Positions 17,777-24,000 of a stretch of 24,000 nt of DNA are shown piece after piece. The DNA comes from Alphaproteobacteria bacterium (GTDB lineage: Bacteria; Pseudomonadota; Alphaproteobacteria; JAJFIK01): NCBI GenBank assembly GCA_021774965.1, contig JAJFIL010000240.1, positions 19,659 through 43,658 on the forward strand, read 5' to 3'. The notes under the pieces were generated by a model. That model made no database searches and was not told the DNA's origin. It was given only the letters and a program-made list of their open reading frames with translations. Both the position numbers and the translations under genes were made by a program. Position 1 is the first letter of the stretch; each line of letters starts with the position of its first letter.

Positions 17777-19777
17777 TTAGGTTGTGTTTTTGAGTGCTTT
17801 CCGCCTGGAAACACGGCCCAGCAACAAGATCAAAACAATCATAGATAGTATTGGCCAGTTTCTCAGGTAACTGTACAAAGTTGGCGGGGCAGCCTGTGGA
17901 AGGGGCGAATCTATCACTCCATCCTCGTTGAGTGCCAGGCGCTCCAGGATGCGGCCAAAGGGATCAATGACAGCAGACATGCCCGTGTTTGCAGAGCGAA
18001 TAAGCGGCAGGCCTTCTTCAATAGCGCGGACCTGAGCCATGCCGAGATGTTGGTGCGGCCCGCTTGAGTCTCCAAACCAGCTATCATCTGTGACATTGAC
18101 CAGCCAGCCAGGACGGCGGCGACTATCGACAATGTTCCCGGGGAAGATAGCCTCATAGCACACCAAGGGTCCCATGTCGGGCGCACCAGGAACAGAAAGC
18201 GTGCGAGGACCCGGCCCTTCTTGATAATCCCCCCGCTGATTGGCCAAAGCCTCAAAGCCCAGGCCGGACAAAAGAGTTCGGAAAGGCAGATATTCTCCAA
18301 AGGGCACCAGATGATGTTTGACATAGGTGCCGATGATTTCGCCGCTTGCGTCCATTACATGCAGTGAATTGAAGAACTTATAGCGTCCGCCCGGCTCTCG
18401 CTCGCGGCGCACCGCGCCAGTGATCAGAACCGCATTTGGATCCATCGCGCCGCCGGCTGTTGCTCGCTGGGAGGCATCATTGGCCAACAAAAAAGGCACG
18501 GCACTTTCGGGCCAGATAACATGGGTGATGGGCGCACTGCTGGGGGCAGCTGTGCGCTCCAATAATCTGCTCCAGATGAACTGGCGGTTTTCCGGAATCC
18601 ATTTGTCCGCTTGCGGAATATTGGGCTGAACAATGCGCAAGTTCACCCCCGCCACGTAGCTGCCCGGACCTTGAGGGGCTTCAGCCAAGCGCATGGCCCC
18701 TGATGCCCAGATGCCTGCTAAGAGAACCGCCGCGAAGAACGGCCAGCGCCAGTTTGATCTTTCCCGGGGGTGCCCAAAAAGCATGGCCGGGCTGGCAGCA
18801 GCAAGAACGGTAAGAAAACAAAGCCCATAGATACCGACCACGGATGTGGCCTGCAGCATTTCCGGCATGCCGCCCCAGGCATAGCCCGAAAGGTTCCATG
18901 GAAATCCTGTCAGAATGGTGCCGCGGAGCATCTCAAAGCCCACAAAAGCGCTGGTAAAGACAGCGATGCGCATGACCCCCGGCTGCCACAGAGCCTTTGC
19001 CAAAACCAATGCACCGCCGGTGAACAGAGCGAGACCCGCAGGCATGGCGGTAACCGCAAAAGGCGTCATCCAGGCATAGGTTTCCGCATCCACATAAAAT
19101 GGATAGGCGATCCAATAAAGCGTGGAGAGGAAATAGGTAAATCCAAAGAACCAGCCTGTGGCAAAGGCCTGGCGCGCACCGCGGCCACCAGCGCTTGCCC
19201 CGTCCAACAGCCAGATCAACGCCACAAAAGCCACTGGCAGCAATGGCAAGACATGAAACGGTGCCATGCTCAGGCCTGCACAAAGACCTGCCAGGGCTGC
19301 TAAAATATACCGCGTGATGCCGCTGAGCGCGCTAACCTTCAAACGCACCCGGCGTCCAGCAAGCTGAAACGCCGTGCCGCGCCCGCTGCCCGTTTGCGCC
19401 GCCATGCCGCCGGCAGTTACTTCGACCGGACCATCCGCAGAAGCCGCGCGTTTGGTCAGCACCAATGGCGGCGTTCCGATAACGCCGAAAACACTTGCCA
19501 GCTCTCCCGGACGCACCTGAGGCGGTGGGCCCTGCGGCTCAACTGAGGCAGTAACACCTCCACTTTCCGATTGAGGCGCGTTGCCTGCTTTGGCAGAAGG
19601 ATCGTCCGTCTTAGTTTCTGATATTTTTGAATCAGGCGTCTTGCCATTCGAGGTCTTGGCATCTGCGCCATCTGCCTCGGCCTTTGGATCTACCTCGCCA
19701 GCACTATCAGTCTGGTTTTCGGGAACTCGCGTTCTGGGGCTTCCCTTCGGCGGGTTTTTCTTTTTGTCCTGACCCAT
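17777..19777 (-). CDS. lnt: apolipoprotein N-acyltransferase with a long N-terminal extension
   Basis: The Lnt core runs from about residue 147: multiple TM helices, then a C-N hydrolase domain (VIWPESAVPF, KHHLVPFGEYLP, VCYEAIFPG). The ORF opens at GTG 19783. I list ATG 19777. A start at ATG 19405 (M127 of the track ORF) would give a protein of conventional length. Confidence 0.85.
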   Translation of the reverse strand: MGQDKKKNPPKGSPRTRVPENQTDSAGEVDPKAEADGADAKTSNGKTPDSKISETKTDDPSAKAGNAPQSESGGVTASVEPQGPPPQVRPGELASVFGVIGTPPLVLTKRAASADGPVEVTAGGMAAQTGSGRGTAFQLAGRRVRLKVSALSGITRYILAALAGLCAGLSMAPFHVLPLLPVAFVALIWLLDGASAGGRGARQAFATGWFFGFTYFLSTLYWIAYPFYVDAETYAWMTPFAVTAMPAGLALFTGGALVLAKALWQPGVMRIAVFTSAFVGFEMLRGTILTGFPWNLSGYAWGGMPEMLQATSVVGIYGLCFLTVLAAASPAMLFGHPRERSNWRWPFFAAVLLAGIWASGAMRLAEAPQGPGSYVAGVNLRIVQPNIPQADKWIPENRQFIWSRLLERTAAPSSAPITHVIWPESAVPFLLANDASQRATAGGAMDPNAVLITGAVRREREPGGRYKFFNSLHVMDASGEIIGTYVKHHLVPFGEYLPFRTLLSGLGFEALANQRGDYQEGPGPRTLSVPGAPDMGPLVCYEAIFPGNIVDSRRRPGWLVNVTDDSWFGDSSGPHQHLGMAQVRAIEEGLPLIRSANTGMSAVIDPFGRILERLALNEDGVIDSPLPQAAPPTLYSYLRNWPILSMIVLILLLGRVSRRKALKNTT

Positions 19778-20756
19778 CAACACCCCGTTTGCGCTGTTCG
19801 CCTTGGGGTAAAACCCTCAAGCGTTTGACCCGTCTTGGGTCCGCATCCACCACCTGTAGCTCTACCCCACCAGGGTGGCGCACGACCTCGCCCCGCTGTG
19901 GGACACGCCCCAGCAGAGCAAACACCAACCCGCCCAGCGTGTCCACGTCCTCTTCCCAGTCATCAGGGGTGAGGTCGAGGCCTGTCTTTTCCTCAAATTC
20001 CGGTATTTCCAGGCGGGCGTCCACCAAATAGGACCCATCGGGCACGGAAATCAGCCGCGGCGAGGTATCGATATCGTGTTCATCCTCGATCTCACCGACG
20101 ATTTCCTCCACCAGGTCTTCAATGGTGAGCAGCCCATCGGTGCCGCCATATTCATCGATCACCAGAGCCATGTGGATGTGGGTGGCCTGCATCTTCACCA
20201 AAAGATCAGAGACGGGCATGGAAGGAGGCACCCACAAGACATCCCGTTGCAGCTGAGCCAGCCCCGGCAGAGACCGGGCCTTTTTACCGTCGCGCACAGG
20301 TTCGGCCAGGACCGCCATCATGTCCTTGATGTGAACCATGCCCGCAGGGTCATCCAGATTGCCGCGATAGACGGGCAGGCGTGAGTGAGCCGCATCCCGG
20401 AACACGCTCAGCGCTTCATCGAAAGGCGTTTCAATATCCAGGGCGATCACATCGGCGCGGGGCACCATCACATCATCTACGCGCAGGCGGCCAAATTCCA
20501 CCAGCTTGGCCAGGATCTCCCGTTGGATTTGCCCGAAGGCAGCTGTAGTGCCTTCGTGTTCGCCGATAACTTCTTCAAGGTCTTTTTGCAGGGAAGCTTC
20601 GGCCTGTTCGGGGGCTTGGTCCTGCTTGGCACCAAATAGCCCAAAGAGCGATGCAAACAGGCCTTTGGGGCGGGCCTGGCCATTAAGGCCATTTCCATTT
20701 CCGTTACCGCTGCCGTTACCGTTGCTACTGCCGTTCCCGTTTCCATTAAGAGACAT
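19707..20756 (-). CDS. corC: CBS-pair / CorC_HlyC-domain protein (CorC/TlyC family, no DUF21 membrane domain)
   Basis: The ORF track gives 19707..20879. I start it at ATG 20756 (MSLNGNGNG...), which overlaps the ybeY stop by 11 nt. The upstream 41 codons are the alternate frame of ybeY. The protein has a CBS pair ([47 protein letters not shown]) and a C-terminal transporter-associated domain. It sits in the canonical ybeY-corC-lnt position. Confidence 0.88.
   Translation of the reverse strand: MSLNGNGNGSSNGNGSGNGNGNGLNGQARPKGLFASLFGLFGAKQDQAPEQAEASLQKDLEEVIGEHEGTTAAFGQIQREILAKLVEFGRLRVDDVMVPRADVIALDIETPFDEALSVFRDAAHSRLPVYRGNLDDPAGMVHIKDMMAVLAEPVRDGKKARSLPGLAQLQRDVLWVPPSMPVSDLLVKMQATHIHMALVIDEYGGTDGLLTIEDLVEEIVGEIEDEHDIDTSPRLISVPDGSYLVDARLEIPEFEEKTGLDLTPDDWEEDVDTLGGLVFALLGRVPQRGEVVRHPGGVELQVVDADPRRVKRLRVLPQGEQRKRGVDGSGQKEKPAEGKPQNASSRKPD
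20679..20747 (-). repeat. (Asn-Gly)n low-complexity tract at the CorC N-terminus
   Basis: Codons 4-26 read [23 protein letters not shown]. The units use mixed synonymous codons (AAT/AAC; GGA/GGG/GGC/GGT), so this is not a perfect nucleotide tandem repeat. Confidence 0.85.
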
Positions 20757-21264
20757 GAGCTGCCTCCGAACCTTGAGTGCCCGACACTTCCTTGTAAGGA
20801 TCATCAATATCCAGCGAGGCCAAAACTTCACGCTCCAGAGTTTCCATCTGAGCTGCTTTTTCATCCGTATCGTGATCATACCCCAGAAGATGCAATATGC
20901 CGTGAAGGATCAGATGTTGGCTGTGGTTGGTAAAAGTCTTGTTTTGCTCCAGCGCTTCTATCGCCACCGTCTCATGGGCAAGAATGATGTCGCCCAAAGG
21001 TGCTTCGTCCTGCCCCGGAACCGGCGTCGCAGGGAAAGAAAGCACATTGGTGGCTTTGTCTTGCTCGCGGAATTGAAGGTTGAGGGCTTGAACTTCGCTG
21101 TCATCTGCAAACCGCAAAGACAGCTCGCGCCCGGCCAAGGCGCCGTTAAGTTTGAGATTGATCGCGCCGACAATACGGCGCGTCATACTCAACGGGTCGC
21201 CTAGAGGGTCATCATCTTCATTTTTCCAGGCTTCTGATACGACCTGAACATCAAAATTAGGCAT
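20746..21264 (-). CDS. ybeY: rRNA maturation endoribonuclease YbeY
   Basis: 172-aa ORF with the zinc motif HLILHGILHLLGYDH. The start overlaps the phoH stop by 8 nt. Confidence 0.93.
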   Translation of the reverse strand: MPNFDVQVVSEAWKNEDDDPLGDPLSMTRRIVGAINLKLNGALAGRELSLRFADDSEVQALNLQFREQDKATNVLSFPATPVPGQDEAPLGDIILAHETVAIEALEQNKTFTNHSQHLILHGILHLLGYDHDTDEKAAQMETLEREVLASLDIDDPYKEVSGTQGSEAAHVS

Positions 21265-22240
21265 CGCTATCGCGCTGATTATCAGCGCCTCCTTCAGCTT
21301 TGTTATACGCCCTTACGATCCGCGTGACGAGGGGGTGGCGCACCACATCCACGTCGGAGAACCGGGCAAGCTCAACTCCCTGCACACCGCGGAGGATACC
21401 AGAGGCCTCCACAAGGCCAGAGGTCACCCCCTTGGGCAGGTCAACTTGGCTGGGGTCGCCTGTTATAACCATGCGGGAATTTTCCCCAAGGCGCGTTAAA
21501 AACATCTTCATCTGGGTCGACGTCGCGTTCTGCGCTTCATCCAGAATGACAAAGGCGTTCGAAAGCGTTCGCCCTCGCATGAACGCCAGCGGGGCAACTT
21601 CAATCTCGCCACTTTCCAGAAGCTTGGTGACCTGCTCGCCGATCATTGTGTCAAACAAGGCATCATAAAGTGGGCGCAAATAAGGATCGACCTTTTCCCG
21701 CAAATCACCGGGCAAAAAGCCCAAACGCTCACCGGCTTCAACAGCAGGGCGAGAGAGAATGATGCGGTCCACTTTACCTTCCAGCATCATGGAAACGCCC
21801 ATGGCGGCGGCAAGATAAGTCTTGCCCGTCCCCGCCGGGCCAAGGCCGAAGACCAGCTCATTATTCCGGATCGCGGCAATGTATTTTGCCTGCATGGGCG
21901 AGCGCGGGGAGATGGTCCGCTTTTGCGTCTGGATACGCATATCGCGATCCATATCATGCTCACCCAGCGACACACCGCCAAGGGCAAGGCGCAAGGCGCC
22001 GTCCACATCTCCAGGCGTTACCTCGTTACCGGCGCTCAGACGATCATGCAGGGCGACCAGAACAAGTTCCGCCACATCAACGCTATCGCCCTCCCCCTTC
22101 ATGGCAACTGAGGTGCCACGCGGAGAAAGATGTACATCCAACGCTTGTTCGATCTGCGCCAGGTGGCGATCATTGTTGCCGAATAAGGCCGCCAAATGAT
22201 GACTGGTTTCAAACTGATGGGTACGGACAATATCGCTCAT
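21257..22240 (-). CDS. phoH: PhoH-like ATPase (YbeZ)
   Basis: 327-aa ORF with Walker A ([11 protein letters not shown]) and PhoH-family motifs ([39 protein letters not shown]). Its ATG overlaps the miaB stop (ATGA). Confidence 0.92.
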   Translation of the reverse strand: MSDIVRTHQFETSHHLAALFGNNDRHLAQIEQALDVHLSPRGTSVAMKGEGDSVDVAELVLVALHDRLSAGNEVTPGDVDGALRLALGGVSLGEHDMDRDMRIQTQKRTISPRSPMQAKYIAAIRNNELVFGLGPAGTGKTYLAAAMGVSMMLEGKVDRIILSRPAVEAGERLGFLPGDLREKVDPYLRPLYDALFDTMIGEQVTKLLESGEIEVAPLAFMRGRTLSNAFVILDEAQNATSTQMKMFLTRLGENSRMVITGDPSQVDLPKGVTSGLVEASGILRGVQGVELARFSDVDVVRHPLVTRIVRAYNKAEGGADNQRDSDA

Positions 22241-23589
22241 GCAACCTCTCGCGCACCAACAAGCTCACCCCCAAGGGAGTTCGTCGATTTTGTAGTAATC
22301 CGTACACGCGCTATTTGCCCAATGAGATGATCTGGTGCCATCACATGGACCGGCTGCAGATAAGGGCTACGCCCGATCAATTGACCGTCATGACGCCCGG
22401 GCTTTTCAAACAGGATGTCCATTTCCTGACCCGCCATGGAGCCGTGGAAATCAGCAGCCTGCTCGTTCACAAGGGCTTGCAGCCGTTGCAGGCGTTCAGA
22501 TTTTACGTCCTCAGGCACTTGATCTTTCATATCCGCGCCGGGCGTTCCGGGGCGTGGCGAGTATTTGAATGAAAACGCTTGGGCATATTTCACGTCGCGG
22601 ATCAGCTGCATCGTGTCTTCAAAGTCCTGATCCGTCTCGCCGGGAAAACCCACAATGAAATCAGACGACAAGGCCAGATCATTGCGTACGCCACGAATGC
22701 GGGCGACCAATTTTTGATACTCCTCGCCCGTATGCTGACGGTTCATGGCTTTGAGAATTTTGTCGGATCCTGATTGCACCGGCAAATGCAAATATGGCAT
22801 CAGCTTTTGCACGTTTCCATGAGCTGCGATTAATGCGTCATCCATGTCGCGGGGATGAGACGTCATATAGCGAATGCGTTCCAGCCCGTCGAGCTCTGCC
22901 AAAAGAGTGATAAGCTGCCCCAGGCCTTGAGACTGGCCGCTTTCATCCGCGCCATGAAAGGCATTTACGTTCTGGCCCAGCAGCGTGATTTCGCGGGTGC
23001 CATTTGCCACCATCTTTTGCGCTTCGGCCATGATTTTTGCCACGGGGCGTGAGAACTCCGCGCCGCGCGTATAAGGCACCACGCAGAAAGTGCAAAACTT
23101 GTCGCACCCTTCCTGGACCGTAAGAAACGCTGCTGGCGAAGCCTTGCGCGCCACCTTTGGCAGGGCATCGAATTTATCTTCTACCGGAAAGTCCGTATCC
23201 AGAACATGTTTCGCGCCACCTTCGAGCTTTGCGATCATCTCTGGTAGGCGATGATAGGATTGCGGCCCAAAGACCATATCCACCACCGGTGCGCGGGCGA
23301 TCATCTCTTCGCCTTCGGCCTGGGCCACACAGCCTGCAACAGCCACAACCATCGCGCCATTTCCCTGGGCTGCCTTGGCAGCTTTGAGCTCGCGGATGCG
23401 TCCCAGTTCGGAATAGACCTTCTCGGCGGCTTTTTCGCGGATGTGGCAGGTGTTCAGGATCACCATGTCCGCGCCCTCAGGATCAGGCGCAAGCTCATAG
23501 CCCAGCGGCGTCAAGACATCAGACATGCGGTCTGAGTCATAGACGTTCATCTGACATCCGTAGGTCTTGATATAAAGCTTTTTCGCCAA
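22237..23589 (-). CDS. miaB: tRNA-i6A37 methylthiotransferase
   Basis: 450-aa ORF: (M)[21 protein letters not shown], with the radical-SAM cluster motif [11 protein letters not shown] and a C-terminal TRAM region. The start codon is TTG (23589-23587), with GGAG 6 nt upstream. Confidence 0.95.
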   Translation of the reverse strand: MAKKLYIKTYGCQMNVYDSDRMSDVLTPLGYELAPDPEGADMVILNTCHIREKAAEKVYSELGRIRELKAAKAAQGNGAMVVAVAGCVAQAEGEEMIARAPVVDMVFGPQSYHRLPEMIAKLEGGAKHVLDTDFPVEDKFDALPKVARKASPAAFLTVQEGCDKFCTFCVVPYTRGAEFSRPVAKIMAEAQKMVANGTREITLLGQNVNAFHGADESGQSQGLGQLITLLAELDGLERIRYMTSHPRDMDDALIAAHGNVQKLMPYLHLPVQSGSDKILKAMNRQHTGEEYQKLVARIRGVRNDLALSSDFIVGFPGETDQDFEDTMQLIRDVKYAQAFSFKYSPRPGTPGADMKDQVPEDVKSERLQRLQALVNEQAADFHGSMAGQEMDILFEKPGRHDGQLIGRSPYLQPVHVMAPDHLIGQIARVRITTKSTNSLGGELVGAREVA

Positions 23590-23658
23590 TCGGCGCTCCG
23601 CTGCTCACACCCTTGCTCGGGTACCCTCAAGGTCCACTATAGCCTCAATCGGGGCGCG

Positions 23659-23678
23659 ACTATATGCGCGAATATAGT
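23659..23678. promoter_or_regulatory. AT-rich inverted repeat ACTATAT-N6-ATATAGT upstream of miaB
   Basis: Perfect 7-bp arms at 23659-23665 and 23672-23678 around GCGCGA, about 70 nt upstream of the miaB start. On the minus strand a TTGTAA hexamer lies 18 nt upstream of ATATAG, so the repeat could overlap a promoter. Confidence 0.3.
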
Positions 23679-23739
23679 AATGGTTACAAGGGGCTGAGTA
23701 TTCAAGGGCCTCAAAAACCTATTCCCCGCAAGGAAGGCC

Positions 23740-24000
23740 CTATTCCGCGGCAAGGGTTTGCCCTGCCTTTTGGGTCTTTATGGGAGCTTTTGGTAATTTT
23801 TTGGGCGGCAACTCCGGAGCCCCTGCCCGGCCATCCCGATCGTGATCCAGCCCCAGACGCACCGCTGTTTCGCACCATTTCGCCAGATCTCGCCGGGAGG
23901 CAAATGCGCTTGGTTTTACCGGCTCATGGAAACGCACGGTGATCTCAAAGGGCCCACAGACGTATGCCATCCATTTGTGGTTGAGAAACTCCATATCCCC
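23740..24000 (-). CDS. C-terminal part of a PlsC-like lysophospholipid acyltransferase (5' end outside window)
   Basis: The frame is open to the window edge; codons before the listed Met at 23994 read G-D. The sequence GPFEITVRFHEPVKPSAF..RRDLAKWCETAV resembles the C-terminal G.i.v.fg.Pi segment of PlsC-family proteins. This assignment is from memory only. Confidence 0.45.
   Translation of the reverse strand, partial: GDMEFLNHKWMAYVCGPFEITVRFHEPVKPSAFASRRDLAKWCETAVRLGLDHDRDGRAGAPELPPKKLPKAPIKTQKAGQTLAAE

Noticed and set aside
17460-17814. Small ORFs inside the AT-rich lnt-phrR spacer: 17460..17672 (+), 17542..17736 (+) and 17623..17814 (-).
   Set aside because: None has an SD. Their composition just reflects the CA/GT-skewed spacer, and one runs into the lnt 3' end. 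I treat the region as non-coding and regulatory.
225-20879. The longest-ORF start codons given in the track for fabB (225), rbfA (7668), ylxR (12487), phrR (17485), corC (20879) and the lipoprotein (8142).
   Set aside because: In each case the extra N-terminal codons are the alternate frame of the upstream gene or spacer and lack an SD. A downstream start with an SD coincides with where the family-typical sequence begins.
1-24000. Window-wide scan for CRISPR repeats, IS elements or terminal inverted repeats, integrases, phage genes, and defence or toxin gene clusters.
   Set aside because: I saw no regularly spaced direct repeats, no transposase- or integrase-like ORF, and no flanking tRNA or attachment-type repeats. 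Apart from 2324-3432 and 7606-9061, every gene is a conserved housekeeping gene in a familiar order.

Overview
This window is a densely packed, mostly conserved housekeeping region. Gene order and protein signatures suggest an alphaproteobacterial chromosome, which is my inference and not a database result. The plus strand carries fabA (3' end), fabB, fabI and one orphan ORF. Everything else is on the minus strand. It holds a secreted orphan protein and the translation/RNA-processing cluster rimP-nusA-ylxR-infB ... rbfA-truB-rpsO-pnp. That cluster is interrupted between infB and rbfA by an M55 (DppA-like) peptidase gene and a small lipoprotein gene that carries an in-frame TAG. The minus strand also holds metK-trmB, a PhrR/PraR-type XRE regulator, the miaB-phoH-ybeY-corC-lnt operon, and the 3' end of a PlsC-like acyltransferase. 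I found no rRNA, tRNA, CRISPR array, transposase, integrase, or recognisable defence or toxin gene, and I see no convincing novel multi-gene system. The items most worth a second look are listed here. (1) The 1.4-kb insertion at the infB-rbfA junction, with its amber-interrupted lipoprotein gene. (2) A convergent orphan gene pair at 2324-3432 whose stop codons overlap. (3) A 357-nt AT-rich, strand-asymmetric spacer upstream of the XRE regulator with eight same-strand RCAACY motifs. (4) An (Asn-Gly)n tract at the CorC N-terminus. (5) An unusually long, low-complexity N-terminal extension on Lnt. (6) A strong SD-ATG placed one base out of frame at the trmB start. All coordinates come from my own reading and hand translation, and no homology search was run.
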